Shown here piece by piece: positions 36,830 through 47,618 of a DNA stretch of 64,000 bases. Source of the DNA: a virus. The stretch spans positions 32,001 through 96,000 of IMG/VR virus record IMGVR_UViG_3300044797_000318. One strand, 5' to 3'. Numbering within the stretch: the first letter of the stretch is position 1; each line of letters starts with the position of its first letter. The notes under the pieces are model-generated. The model saw only the letters and a list, made by a program, of their open reading frames with translations, was not told the DNA's origin and made no database searches. Made by a program: the position numbers and the translations under genes.

Positions 36830-37582
36830 ATGACACCCGCAATTTCTATAATGATGGTTACCTACAATCGCCTCGACCTTACAAAAAAAATGATGCAAAG
36901 TCTGCAAGATACCGTGGGCCTATCGTTTCGACTAATTGTTGTTGATAATGGTTCCAAAGACGGAACGGTAGATTGGCTCAAACAACTTAGCCCTGACCCA
37001 CGATTTTGTCAAGGGGTGCATACACATTTTTTTGAAGAAAACCAAGGTATTGCCATTGGCAGAAACCAAGGACTACTAATTGCCAATAAATACAAAGATC
37101 CTTATCTTTGCACCGTAGATAATGATGTAGAGTTTCCACATCATTGGGACTTCCAATGTATAGCAATTATGCAAGCTAACCCCAAATATTCCATTGGTGT
37201 TTGCTTTGAGGAACCACCTCATTATTTACACCCACTTACCAGAAATGGTCAAACGTTTCAATATAAAAGCAAGGGTAATTTAGGGACCGCCTGTATGATG
37301 TTTGATCGAGAATTGCACGATAAAATTGGATATTTTACTACTGAGTATGAGCGCTATGGAGAGGAAGACGCCAACTGGGGATTTAGGGCAAGGTTAGCTG
37401 GCTATAACCTTGGTTACATAACACAGCCCGGAAAACATCTTGGAGTATCAGAATTAGATACGGGGGAGTATCGAACCTTCAAGGATGAGTGTCGTAAAAA
37501 AAATGTTGCTAAGTTTCAGCAGGATTGTTATGCTTATAGTTCTGGCAAAAAACCTATTTATATTCCATACATTGGAAAGTAA
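36830..37582 (+). CDS. glycosyltransferase family 2
   Basis: TYNR, VVDNGSKDGT, NQGIAIGRN, DND, YGEED. Confidence 0.9.
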   Translation: MTPAISIMMVTYNRLDLTKKMMQSLQDTVGLSFRLIVVDNGSKDGTVDWLKQLSPDPRFCQGVHTHFFEENQGIAIGRNQGLLIANKYKDPYLCTVDNDVEFPHHWDFQCIAIMQANPKYSIGVCFEEPPHYLHPLTRNGQTFQYKSKGNLGTACMMFDRELHDKIGYFTTEYERYGEEDANWGFRARLAGYNLGYITQPGKHLGVSELDTGEYRTFKDECRKKNVAKFQQDCYAYSSGKKPIYIPYIGK

Positions 37583-37609
37583 TATTCTTACATTAGGGGT
37601 AGGGAAGTT

Positions 37610-38248
37610 ATGAAAAAATGCTCAAACTGTGGGGTAGAAAAAAATGATGATTGTTTCTACCCCAAAGAAAACCAGTGTAAAAAATGTAAATCTGATAAGA
37701 GAAAACAGTATTTACAAAAATTGGGTGAAGTAGGACAAAAGCAAAGGGCGGAATATTTTCGCACATATTGGCAACAGCATCCAGATGATATTAGGGCAAA
37801 TAATAGAAAATACAAAAAGAGTAAGAAAGCGAAAATTACAGCTAAAAATTTAAGAAAAAATCCGGCAATAAAATTACGACAAAATATATCAACTAACATT
37901 GGCTATCATTTACGAGTGAAAAACAGCTCAAAATACAATAAATCTATACTTCAAGCATTACCCTATACTATTCAAGAATTAAAAAAATATATCGAACAGC
38001 AATTTGAGCCTTGGATGACCTGGGAAAATTACGGATTATATGATGCTAAAACTTGGAAAGATGATGATCAATCAACCTGGACTTGGCAATTAGATCATAT
38101 TGTTCCACATTCTACTTTTGATTATACTTCAATGGAAGATCAGTCATTCCAAGACTGTTGGGCATTTAATAATTTGCGCCCGCTATCTGCTAAACAAAAT
38201 TTATTAGATGGTGTCAAAAGAATAAGACATGGCGGGTTAAATGTTTGA
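37610..38248 (+). CDS. HNH-like homing endonuclease (paralog of 12245 and 63465 genes)
   Basis: LPYTIQELKKYIEQQFEPWMTWENYG...WQLDHIVP...NLRPLSAKQN. Confidence 0.8.
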   Translation: MKKCSNCGVEKNDDCFYPKENQCKKCKSDKRKQYLQKLGEVGQKQRAEYFRTYWQQHPDDIRANNRKYKKSKKAKITAKNLRKNPAIKLRQNISTNIGYHLRVKNSSKYNKSILQALPYTIQELKKYIEQQFEPWMTWENYGLYDAKTWKDDDQSTWTWQLDHIVPHSTFDYTSMEDQSFQDCWAFNNLRPLSAKQNLLDGVKRIRHGGLNV

Positions 38249-40055
38249 TGGACACTACTTCCAGTGGAACTCCAAACGCATTAAAGGTATAATTGAGTTT
38301 TACGGATACAAGTTTTTCTATTTTAAAAGGCTTCTTGATTTAGGTTGCGGCCACGGTGATTTGGGTGGAGTATTATATCGCTTAGGTGCCAATGTTACTT
38401 GCGTGGATGCTCGTCAAGAACATCTCAAAGTGGTCAATAAAAAATATAATGGCATCAAAACGGTGCAAACCAACTTAGATGCTATGTGGCCTTTTCACGG
38501 ACAGAAGTTTGACGTTATCCTAGATTTAGGTTTGTTATGTCATTTATCCGATTTTGAAACTCATTTGAAAACGGTATGCAATGCTACCACTCATTTGATT
38601 TTAGAAACAGCGGTTTGCGATTCGGATGATCCTCAAAAAGTCGTTCTAATTGATGAGGATCGAGACTACGATCTCTCTTACAATGGTAAGGGTTGCCGCC
38701 CTAGCCCCGCTGCTGTTGAAAGAGTCTTGCGTGAATGCGGGATGAATATCAAGCGTTTGGATAATAGTAAATTCAATGCTGGCGATTATGTCTATGATTG
38801 GTATCCCAAAAACGATAACAGCACCAATTTATCCAAGCGTAGAATTTGGTTTGCCGTCAAAGAGAGTAGCCCTCTACAATTTGCTAACCCCGCTTCTGAA
38901 TTGGCTACCCCACCCATTATTATCCCTTCTGCTCCTTCCGGCCCCATTACTCCTATTCAGAATAGTGGAATAGCTGTCACGGCTAGCCCTAAACCTCCTA
39001 TGAGTTCTCGTATGGAGGCAGAGGCCCGAGCCAAAGCTAATTTTGTTTCTATAGCTCCGCCAGTCCCAGAACCAACTAAACCTGGTTCTCATTCTGGTCC
39101 TTACACAGCTCCCGAACCAAGTCCTATTCGCACTTATCAAAAAATACCCACCCTCAATGATAAGATCAGACGCGACAGCAAAGAATTCTCTCTGATAGAA
39201 GTAGATAATTTTGTTCCACCCGCTATCTCTCAACTTGGTGGCGTCATTTCGCCTAATACTTTTAGTTCTAGAATGTGGTATAAAAAGATTTGCCCACTTT
39301 TTCCTAATTTGAGACTGGCTAAAAATGTCATCTCTATGCCCGGTTTTGCCAAGAGCGATAAAATAGTAGATGTTGTTATGTGCTCTTTAGACAACTTGCA
39401 GCCCTATAAGAAAGTATGGATAGACGAATGGTTTGGCCCTGGCTTATCCACCGAGCATGTCAATGTCTTGAAGAGGTGTACTAGTATCATTACACCGTCT
39501 CTTATCAACGCACAAGAAATCTGGAAACATATTCCCCACGCGGCTATCACCCGAGTAGCTAAGCCATGGCCCTTACTTAGTGTTCCGCCAGCAGAAGGCA
39601 AATATTATTTGTATTTTGAGAAATCTACCCAGCTAACTCCGTTATTGTTCGAGGCTTGGGATCCTCAGTTTGGCAATTTAGTAGTTGTAGGAGCCAGCAC
39701 CAAGGCGCCAAGCTTCGTCACCTTCATCTCAGATACCGAGTCGTATGTACAAATTATGAAATTGATTATCGGGGCGCAAGCCATCCTTGATATTTCAGAA
39801 AATAATTATTATGCCTCCGGTATCAACAAATTAGCTACGGCCATTGGCGTGCCACTCATTACTAATAACCATATCAAGTTAGTTCCCAACAATACTTTGA
39901 TCCAACAAGATAAAGAAGTTTCTATTTATCCAAGGAAGGCTGATATCCATCAAGCCATCCAAAAGTTTATCGATAGCAAACCTCCTAGAACGGCCAGCAC
40001 TGAAAATTATAATAATTCCGTTATAGATAACTTCAAGAAGATTATGGGGCTATAA
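38241..40055 (+). CDS. SAM methyltransferase fused via Pro-rich linker to a glycosyltransferase-like domain
   Basis: LLDLGCGHG motif I, GLLCHL; C-terminal IITPS...ATAIGVPLIT resembles GT-B. Confidence 0.7.
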   Translation: MFDGHYFQWNSKRIKGIIEFYGYKFFYFKRLLDLGCGHGDLGGVLYRLGANVTCVDARQEHLKVVNKKYNGIKTVQTNLDAMWPFHGQKFDVILDLGLLCHLSDFETHLKTVCNATTHLILETAVCDSDDPQKVVLIDEDRDYDLSYNGKGCRPSPAAVERVLRECGMNIKRLDNSKFNAGDYVYDWYPKNDNSTNLSKRRIWFAVKESSPLQFANPASELATPPIIIPSAPSGPITPIQNSGIAVTASPKPPMSSRMEAEARAKANFVSIAPPVPEPTKPGSHSGPYTAPEPSPIRTYQKIPTLNDKIRRDSKEFSLIEVDNFVPPAISQLGGVISPNTFSSRMWYKKICPLFPNLRLAKNVISMPGFAKSDKIVDVVMCSLDNLQPYKKVWIDEWFGPGLSTEHVNVLKRCTSIITPSLINAQEIWKHIPHAAITRVAKPWPLLSVPPAEGKYYLYFEKSTQLTPLLFEAWDPQFGNLVVVGASTKAPSFVTFISDTESYVQIMKLIIGAQAILDISENNYYASGINKLATAIGVPLITNNHIKLVPNNTLIQQDKEVSIYPRKADIHQAIQKFIDSKPPRTASTENYNNSVIDNFKKIMGL

Positions 40056-41008
40056 TGTTGAAAGTGCTTTATTTACCATTGGGAGACCAACCGGGGACAG
40101 AAGACGGTTTCCGAAATGTGGGAGCGGAATTAGAAGTTTGTCATTTTTGGAAAATCTGGGAACAAACCAAAAATAAGGCAACTATCGAAAACGATTTTTT
40201 GACTAAGGTAAGGCGTTTTCAGCCCCACCTCATTCATATGCAACTACAATTCACGGGAGTAGTGGAGGCACATACTTTGCACATGGCTCGTGCCGCCTGT
40301 CCCAGTGCCGTGATAACTAATTGGTCGGGTGATTGTCGAACCAGCGCCATTGGCGATTATACCAAAGTAGCCAATGCGGTAGATTTTTCCTTGATTTCCA
40401 GCACCGGGCAACTAGATATGTATCGAGGAGCCGGTTGCAAAAATATTACTTATTGGCAAATTGGATATGATCCCAAGAGTAATTTCCCAATGAACTTATC
40501 GGAATTTCAATACGATGCTGTTTTTATTGGTAATCACTATGGATTCACTTTTCCCGATGGAAATATTAGATTAGAAGCGACCAAATTTTTGTCTAGAACA
40601 CTTCCTAAGTTCAAAACTTTTGGAACTGGATATGGAGGGGGCATCCAACCCGTGCCATTCAAACAAATGAATGAAGTTTATAATAAAACCCTCTGTCCCA
40701 TTAGCATTAGCAATTTCAATAATGTTTCTCATTACTTTTCGGATAGATTACTTTATTGTTTAGCCTCTGGGCGTCCCACTATCTCTTGGTATTTCCCTGG
40801 CTGTGAGAGTTATTTTGTGGAGGGCAGTGAAATTTTTTACGCTCGTTCCAATCAGGACATTCTGGACATCGTCAATTATTGCAAGGCTAACCCCGACATA
40901 GCGAAACAAGTGGGCATCAATGGACATAAAAGAGTGCTCAAAGAACACACTTTTACCTCCCGAATTATTGAGCTCCTCAACATAACTAACTTGGCGCATT
41001 TGGTGTAA
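40055..41008 (+). CDS. CgeB-like GT-B glycosyltransferase
   Basis: YDAVFIG, YFSDRL...LASG, HTFTSRI. Confidence 0.8.
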   Translation: MLKVLYLPLGDQPGTEDGFRNVGAELEVCHFWKIWEQTKNKATIENDFLTKVRRFQPHLIHMQLQFTGVVEAHTLHMARAACPSAVITNWSGDCRTSAIGDYTKVANAVDFSLISSTGQLDMYRGAGCKNITYWQIGYDPKSNFPMNLSEFQYDAVFIGNHYGFTFPDGNIRLEATKFLSRTLPKFKTFGTGYGGGIQPVPFKQMNEVYNKTLCPISISNFNNVSHYFSDRLLYCLASGRPTISWYFPGCESYFVEGSEIFYARSNQDILDIVNYCKANPDIAKQVGINGHKRVLKEHTFTSRIIELLNITNLAHLV

Positions 41009-41009
41009 A

Positions 41010-41573
41010 ATGATCAGACTTCTTTACAACTATTACGAAGACAAGAACCCCGCCAGAAAAAAAGAAATAGATTTCTGTCTTCAAAAGAATTTGGAAAATA
41101 ACCACCTTAATATGGTTATTATTGAAAGTGCGGAAAAACTTACCTATGATTTCTTTTTCAACCGCATCAATGAACTAACTGGGCCGGATGACATCAATAT
41201 TATTTGTAATTCAGATATCTTTTTTGACGATACCATTAGATTGGCTAGCCATCTCAAACACAATGCTTCCTTTGTCCTTAGCCGCTGGGACTATATCAAC
41301 GAACATAATATTAAATTGTTTGAGCGATGTGATAGTCAAGACACCTGGATTATAAGAGGATTTATCAAACATGTCAAAGGAGATTTTACTTTGGGTAAAA
41401 AGGGCTGCGACAATAGGATAGCTTATGAACTTTTAGACGCAGGATATAAACCTTCTAATCCTGCCCGATCCATCAAAACGTATCACGTCCATAATTCTAA
41501 TGTTAGGAACTATTCGCACAACGATACAGTTCACGGGAAATATCACCAAGTTCAGATAGGGAGTTTAACATGA
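41010..41573 (+). CDS. glycosyltransferase-like protein
   Basis: CNSDIFFD, LSRWD, SQDTWI, GCDNRIA. Confidence 0.65.
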   Translation: MIRLLYNYYEDKNPARKKEIDFCLQKNLENNHLNMVIIESAEKLTYDFFFNRINELTGPDDINIICNSDIFFDDTIRLASHLKHNASFVLSRWDYINEHNIKLFERCDSQDTWIIRGFIKHVKGDFTLGKKGCDNRIAYELLDAGYKPSNPARSIKTYHVHNSNVRNYSHNDTVHGKYHQVQIGSLT

Positions 41574-42487
41574 CGCCTAAGAGAGTTGTTTTTTTCAATT
41601 ATTTTCATAATGGAGACGTTCATTTGTCTCGTGGACTTGTACGTCAAATTATAAGCAAAGTGCATCAAACAGATCCAACTGTACAATTTGCATATGGACA
41701 TAAAAATGATCCAACATTACTTTCCGATATTCCTAATTTAGGTTTCGATCCAAATGCCTTATCTATTATTAATAATGAGCACGCCAACCTACATGTCGTA
41801 GGCGAAACTGTTTACATAAATACTTGGTATGGGCAACAACATCACAAATATATGAATAGGTACGGTGGTCTCACCATGGATACATTATATGATGCCCTGA
41901 GTGAGTCGTGTCAATCTTTGTGGAATTTTTCTTTATCAGATATTTCTGCCGATCCAACTATATTTTTCCCCATCATTGATTATAGTAAATATAATATTGA
42001 GCCAGTCCAAAAATGGTTAGATCAACATTCTGGTAAAAAAATATTAATTGAAAATGGGCCAGCTCTTTCTGATCAAGCAACCAATTTTTCGATGGCCCCA
42101 ATTATTACTCAAATTGCTACTAAACACCCAAATGTGTCTTTCATACTAACAAGTCGAGAAAACATAGATATGCCAAGCAATATTTTTCAATCCTCTAATA
42201 TCACTAACAGATCGACAAAAACTGATCTTAATGAAATATCTTTTCTAAGTACATACTGCGATATGGTTATTGGGCGATCGTCTGGCGTCTTTGCTTTTAC
42301 AATGACACAGCAAAATTTATTTGAGAGAAAAATTACATTTCTAAGTTTTTCTAATTTTTCTTTTCAACCCGGTAAATACTGGTTGGGAGATTTATTAAAA
42401 AATAAGATCACTTATAATTCGCCTATTTTATTTCATAATGAATCTAATCCAAATGAAGTATTAAAAATAATAGAAAGAAATTTATGA
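41570..42487 (+). CDS. GT9/GT11-like hypothetical protein
   Basis: HNGDVH N-terminus; CDMVIGRSSG. Confidence 0.55.
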   Translation: MTPKRVVFFNYFHNGDVHLSRGLVRQIISKVHQTDPTVQFAYGHKNDPTLLSDIPNLGFDPNALSIINNEHANLHVVGETVYINTWYGQQHHKYMNRYGGLTMDTLYDALSESCQSLWNFSLSDISADPTIFFPIIDYSKYNIEPVQKWLDQHSGKKILIENGPALSDQATNFSMAPIITQIATKHPNVSFILTSRENIDMPSNIFQSSNITNRSTKTDLNEISFLSTYCDMVIGRSSGVFAFTMTQQNLFERKITFLSFSNFSFQPGKYWLGDLLKNKITYNSPILFHNESNPNEVLKIIERNL

Positions 42488-43137
42488 TGCTATATAATAT
42501 TACTCACAAATTTACTAAATTTATTGATCCTCCTTCTCAAGAAGACATTTATAATTGCCCACATTATTTTGCGATGAGCTATGAACAAATAAAAGGCTCT
42601 GATGCTCCCGAGTTTCTTATTAAACTTTTAGATCAATTTCCATTTGATGGGAGGAAAAATATTCTTCAAATCCGACCCCAAGATTTTAGAAAAGAAAACA
42701 TTAACATTGATGGTAAACACTGGCATACAGATTATAATGTAAGGTTATTAGATAAAAAAGTTTATGCTAATGATCACGATGATTTTCATTTAATGGTTAT
42801 TTCGTGGGGCGCCGGTTGTTCTACGGAGTTTATTGAAACACCCATGGACCTTCCTAATAATTTAGAATTGAAAGATTCTAAAGAGAAATGGGAATTGTGG
42901 GATAGTGCACTTTCTAAAAAATTAGGAGAACCACATAAAGTAATTAAAGCTCAGAAGAATCAAATGGCTGAATATACTGCTAGAGATTTACACAGAGCCG
43001 ATGGTATCGTGCACTCTCACGGATTACGATTAATGATTGTGGCGTTTGATTGCGATAGTATTGATGGTAATGTTCGAATTTTGCCCAGTATTAGAGATAT
43101 AGATAACGGAATCCCAACGCCAATTTATTCAAGGTAA
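42484..43137 (+). CDS. putative 2OG-Fe(II) dioxygenase-like protein
   Basis: WHTD (HxD) ... TEF ... LHRA ... RLMI. Confidence 0.6.
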   Translation: MMLYNITHKFTKFIDPPSQEDIYNCPHYFAMSYEQIKGSDAPEFLIKLLDQFPFDGRKNILQIRPQDFRKENINIDGKHWHTDYNVRLLDKKVYANDHDDFHLMVISWGAGCSTEFIETPMDLPNNLELKDSKEKWELWDSALSKKLGEPHKVIKAQKNQMAEYTARDLHRADGIVHSHGLRLMIVAFDCDSIDGNVRILPSIRDIDNGIPTPIYSR

Positions 43138-43770
43138 TAGGATACCATTATTTTTCTTTAAAATTACATTTAAAGATAATGGAATAGAATTTTTCCCCAA
43201 CTCATTAGGTGGAAAAGCGTCGATGTTTTGAATAGAAAATAGATCACCAAACAGCGCCTTATAACCATACTCAGAAAACCTCCAACAATCTGGAATAGGT
43301 CCATGAATTTTAAACATATAAGGCGTATTAACAAATAATAATGAGTTGTCATTGGTTATTTTATATAATTCTTGTGGAACAAGAAAAACTTTTGGTACGT
43401 GCTCTATAATACCTATTAAAATAACTATATCAAATGTTTCAGTCATAAAAGATAAATCTTCTATACTGCCAATATAATCCGCCTTCGATGATTGATCAAT
43501 ATCTAAAGTTCGATAATATATGTTATTTCTTGCGCATGTTTCTTCTATGATAGAGGTGGAAAATTGAGGAAACTCTTCCTCAACATATAATTTTGAGGAA
43601 GGGCCAACCTCCAACACTTTGAGCGTGTTATTGTTTTTCAGAAAACAGCATATATTTTCCGCAAACTCAAACATGTGTTTTCTATAAACGTAATAATCGT
43701 CATCTTGACTGAAAAATTTTTGCTTGCGACCAGGTGCAATTTCCCTGTCGAATTTGAAGTCTGTATTCAT
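43129..43770 (-). CDS. class I SAM-dependent methyltransferase
   Basis: VLEVG, LDID, FDIV...IEHV, HGPIPDCWRFS. Confidence 0.8.
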   Translation of the reverse strand: MNTDFKFDREIAPGRKQKFFSQDDDYYVYRKHMFEFAENICCFLKNNNTLKVLEVGPSSKLYVEEEFPQFSTSIIEETCARNNIYYRTLDIDQSSKADYIGSIEDLSFMTETFDIVILIGIIEHVPKVFLVPQELYKITNDNSLLFVNTPYMFKIHGPIPDCWRFSEYGYKALFGDLFSIQNIDAFPPNELGKNSIPLSLNVILKKNNGILLP

Positions 43771-43813
43771 ATTTCACCGTTCTTATTGGATATATATCTT
43801 GCAAGGAAGTAAG

Positions 43814-44437
43814 ATGAAAAAAATTTGTATCTATGGGGCGGGTGGCTTTGCCCACGAGGTGTTCTGGCTTGCTCATCAATGTGGCTGTGAAGTTGATGCC
43901 TTCATTGACATTCATTCGGGCGAAGATTATCATGGAGCACCAGTCAAAAATGAAAGTTATTTCAATAAAGAAAAGCACTTAGCGGTGGTGGCCGTAGGCA
44001 ATCCAAAAATTCGAGAAAAGATTGTTAAGCAGATTATTGATCGCCACGGTATGACGGCTTTCACAACACTAGTTTCGCCTACAGCCAATCTTATGGGCCC
44101 TAATATTGAAGTTGGTCACGGCTCAGTTGTGTGTGCCAACTGTATCTTGACTTGCGATATTCAACTAGGTTCTTTCTCGCAACTAAATTTATCTACCACT
44201 ATTGGCCATGACACGACAACTGGTGATTTTTTTACCACGGCCCCTGGCGTGCATGTTAGCGGTAAAGTAACAGTTGGCCAAAGGGTTTATTTGGGCACTA
44301 ATGCCTCTACGGTAGAGGGCATTACCATTTGTGATGATGTGACGATTGGGGCGGCAGCCTGCGTATCAAAAGACATACTAGAGGGCGGAGTATACGTGGG
44401 TGTACCCGCTAAGAAATTGGAGAAGAAAAATGGCTGA
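43814..44437 (+). CDS. NeuD/PglD-family sugar acetyltransferase
   Basis: IYGAGGFAHEV, AVGNP, IGHD, hexapeptide repeats, YVGVPAK. Confidence 0.9.
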   Translation: MKKICIYGAGGFAHEVFWLAHQCGCEVDAFIDIHSGEDYHGAPVKNESYFNKEKHLAVVAVGNPKIREKIVKQIIDRHGMTAFTTLVSPTANLMGPNIEVGHGSVVCANCILTCDIQLGSFSQLNLSTTIGHDTTTGDFFTTAPGVHVSGKVTVGQRVYLGTNASTVEGITICDDVTIGAAACVSKDILEGGVYVGVPAKKLEKKNG

Positions 44438-44735
44438 CACAATTGGTTCACTCATAGATAAACTAGCAACAGTAAACCAGAAGATGTTTCTGGCACAAGA
44501 AGAGTTATACGTTATTCGCAAGATGACCTTTGAACAATTCAAAAAATCTTACGGCACTGAAGAAGGGCTTCATAAACTTTATACTGCTTTTAAGAAATCA
44601 ACTGACCTCAACGTTCAAAGGCAGGCTATGATTCTAGAAGTTGATAAAAAAATTGCAGAGGTAGTAGTAGCTACCATAAAAGGCGAAGACCTTAACAACG
44701 GAACTTTTATTCAAGACCAACACAAGACTTACTAA
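44430..44735 (+). CDS. DUF4254-like small helical protein
   Basis: DTIGSLIDKL...LNVQR. Confidence 0.6.
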   Translation: MADTIGSLIDKLATVNQKMFLAQEELYVIRKMTFEQFKKSYGTEEGLHKLYTAFKKSTDLNVQRQAMILEVDKKIAEVVVATIKGEDLNNGTFIQDQHKTY

Positions 44736-44736
44736 A

Positions 44737-45555
44737 ATGATAATTTCAACAACTATACCTGTGGGCCTAGGAGACCTTATTTATGTTAAGGCTATGCTGG
44801 ATCCTATTAAAAATAAATGTAGTGAAATTAAAATTGCCTATCATAGGGAACTGGTAAATGTGTTTCGAAACAAAAGCACATCTTATAATAAACTATTAGA
44901 TGACTTTGGGCAGCTATTTTTTTCTGAATCACCATATGTTTTGACAGAACAAGGAGGGGAATTTAGAGGGGTAATGCGATTATCGACTGATTATGGTATC
45001 CAGCTTCAAAAACCCGAATTATCACACCTACTGTGCAAGGGGGCTCCTCTTAATATAGCTGATGAATATATAGTCTTAACTACAAAAGTCAGGTATGTAC
45101 CAAGAACAATATTCAATGAAAAATCTACTGAATTTTGGAATATGATCAATCAACTATCTAATAAGTATAAAATTATACTATTAGGTGAAAGAGTTGTGGA
45201 AATGAATGCAGAATATCTACATCATACCGCCGAACATATATATGGCATATATGACGATATCATGTGTCATGTTCCATCAGAAAAATTAATAGATCTCACT
45301 ATTCCAGCTCTTGGAATTGTTAATTCTGATATAGAACAAATTCAACAAGACTGTTTGATTATGAAAAATGCTAAATTCGTTATCACTTTGGGAGTTGGTG
45401 GAAATTTTTGTATGGCAACTGCCGTAGCCAACACCATAGGTTTTAGGGCTGATAAACATGATATATTTGAAGTTATATTTAACAGAGATTACAATGGCGC
45501 CATAATCACTAAGGAATGGCCGCGATTCATTGCAATTTTAAAACAATATTTGTAA
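44737..45555 (+). CDS. glycosyltransferase-like protein (paralog 1)
   Basis: GLGDL N-terminus; strongly similar to next gene. Confidence 0.6.
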   Translation: MIISTTIPVGLGDLIYVKAMLDPIKNKCSEIKIAYHRELVNVFRNKSTSYNKLLDDFGQLFFSESPYVLTEQGGEFRGVMRLSTDYGIQLQKPELSHLLCKGAPLNIADEYIVLTTKVRYVPRTIFNEKSTEFWNMINQLSNKYKIILLGERVVEMNAEYLHHTAEHIYGIYDDIMCHVPSEKLIDLTIPALGIVNSDIEQIQQDCLIMKNAKFVITLGVGGNFCMATAVANTIGFRADKHDIFEVIFNRDYNGAIITKEWPRFIAILKQYL

Positions 45556-45570
45556 TTTGCCAGGAGTAAG

Positions 45571-46401
45571 ATGAGAATTTATAAAGCAAATATTGCACAA
45601 GGGATTGGAGATAACATTATGGCAAAATGTTATGCCGATCAAGTCAAAGACCAGTATGATCAAATCTACTTCACTCATCACGCGCCCATCGTTCAGAGAG
45701 AAAAAAATAATTCACCACAATACTGGAATTTTTTACATGAAGTAGGGCAGTTATTTTTCACTGAACCTCCTTATGTATACAATCAGGGTGAACACCCGTT
45801 TCGTGATGCAGAGGGATTAATATCAGATTTTAATATCGTTCCACAAAAACCTCAGGTATCACAATACAAACATTTACTATGCAAGGGGACATCTCTAAAT
45901 TTACCAGAAGAGTATATAGTATTAACTACTAAAATTAGATATGTTGAAAGATCATTTTTCAATCAAATAGAACCTCAACTATGGCAAACAATTAAAGAAC
46001 TTTCCAATAAATATAAAATAGTAATATTAGGCGAACGACAAGTAGAAATGTGCCAAGATTATTTATATCATGGGATAAATCAGATATATGGTATTTATCC
46101 AGAAATAATCAAAAATGTTTCAGCCGATCGAGTGTTAGATTTAACTATACCTGCGCTTGGTATTACTAGTCCAACCTTATCTCAAATACAACAAGATTGT
46201 CTTATTATGAGTGAGGCAAAATTGGTTATTACATTGGGCCTTGGTGGTAATGTTTGTATGGCCATTGCAACATCTAATGTAGTTGGTTATAGAAGAGATA
46301 ATATCAAATGTGCTAATGATATCTACGATCAAAAATATTCAGATGCTATGGTTAGTAAAGATTGGAACGAATTTATTACAGCGATAAAGAGTTATCTATG
46401 A
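45571..46401 (+). CDS. glycosyltransferase-like protein (paralog 2)
   Basis: GIGDN; shares HLLCKG..LN...EYIVLTTK.RYV, DLTIPALGI, QIQQDCLIM, ITLG.GGN.CMA with previous gene. Confidence 0.6.
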   Translation: MRIYKANIAQGIGDNIMAKCYADQVKDQYDQIYFTHHAPIVQREKNNSPQYWNFLHEVGQLFFTEPPYVYNQGEHPFRDAEGLISDFNIVPQKPQVSQYKHLLCKGTSLNLPEEYIVLTTKIRYVERSFFNQIEPQLWQTIKELSNKYKIVILGERQVEMCQDYLYHGINQIYGIYPEIIKNVSADRVLDLTIPALGITSPTLSQIQQDCLIMSEAKLVITLGLGGNVCMAIATSNVVGYRRDNIKCANDIYDQKYSDAMVSKDWNEFITAIKSYL

Positions 46402-47618
46402 TAAAAAATCTTTTTAGTTTAGGCAGCTTATATGTATCTGATTTTGTCAGGAATGACGAGTCTCCCAGGGGAGATAAAACTGAATTAAAATTGATGATGA
46501 CAAATGGCGGTAATGTTCGCCTAGAAAAAAGTGCGCCACTGGATACTATGTATGGTAAATATTGGTATCGATCTGGCATCAATAACTCAATGAAACAGGA
46601 GTTAAAAAACATTGTTGATTCAATTTTAGCCGTCAAGCAACTCAAAGAAAATGATATTTGGCTAGACATTGCCTGTAATGATGGAACCCTCTTTACTTTT
46701 TTACCCAAAGAACTAATTAAAATAGGTATCGATCCTGTGGATGATTCTTTTAAAAAAGAATCTGAGAAACACGCAGATATTATTGTGCAAGATTATTTCA
46801 CTGCCAACGCTTTTAAATCTACTAAATTTGGACATTTGAAAGCAAAAGTGATTACTTCTATTGCTATGTTTTATGATTTGGAAGAACCAGAGCCTTTTAT
46901 TAAAGATGTGTATGAGGTGTTGGACGACAATGGTTTGTGGGTTTTGCAATTAAGCTATACCCCCTTAATGTTAGAGCAACTTGCTTTTGATAATATCTGT
47001 CATGAACATATTTTTTATTATTCTCTTTTTAACTTGAAAAATCTATTGGAAATAAATGGCTTTCAAATCGTAGATTGTCAACTCAACGATACCAATGGGG
47101 GATCATTCAGAGTATATGCTATGAAAGATAGTGCTAATGTAAAAACTTTTGCCACACAACCTTATAGAGATATTGGGCGTTTCAGAGTTGCCTCTATTTT
47201 ATCACATGAAAAAACATTACACTTATCCGATGTAGAAACCTGGCAGCACTTCTATGACAGAATTAATCGGTTAAAAGAACGAACAGTGTCATTCATTAAA
47301 CAAGAAAAAGCTAACGGCAAAAAAATATGGGGTTATGGCGCTTCTACCAAAGGTAACACGCTACTACAATATTTTGGACTTGATTATACTTTGATAGATG
47401 GAATTGCCGAAAGAAGTGTTCATAAATTTGGGCTCAAAACAGTAGGGACTAATATACCAATTTACTCGGAAGATGAAATGAGAAAAGCCAAACCAGATTA
47501 TCTTTTGGTTTTGCCCTGGCATTTCATCAATGAGTTTTGCGAAAGAGAAAGAGAATTTCTTTCCAAGGGCGGAAAGTTTATTGTTCCTTGCCCCAAATTT
47601 GAAATAATAGGATTATAA
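46398..47618 (+). CDS. NDP-hexose C-methyltransferase
   Basis: YWYRSG, LDIACNDGTL, AFDNICHEH, NGGSFR, GYGASTKGNTLL, LVLPWHF. Confidence 0.9.
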   Translation: MIKNLFSLGSLYVSDFVRNDESPRGDKTELKLMMTNGGNVRLEKSAPLDTMYGKYWYRSGINNSMKQELKNIVDSILAVKQLKENDIWLDIACNDGTLFTFLPKELIKIGIDPVDDSFKKESEKHADIIVQDYFTANAFKSTKFGHLKAKVITSIAMFYDLEEPEPFIKDVYEVLDDNGLWVLQLSYTPLMLEQLAFDNICHEHIFYYSLFNLKNLLEINGFQIVDCQLNDTNGGSFRVYAMKDSANVKTFATQPYRDIGRFRVASILSHEKTLHLSDVETWQHFYDRINRLKERTVSFIKQEKANGKKIWGYGASTKGNTLLQYFGLDYTLIDGIAERSVHKFGLKTVGTNIPIYSEDEMRKAKPDYLLVLPWHFINEFCEREREFLSKGGKFIVPCPKFEIIGL

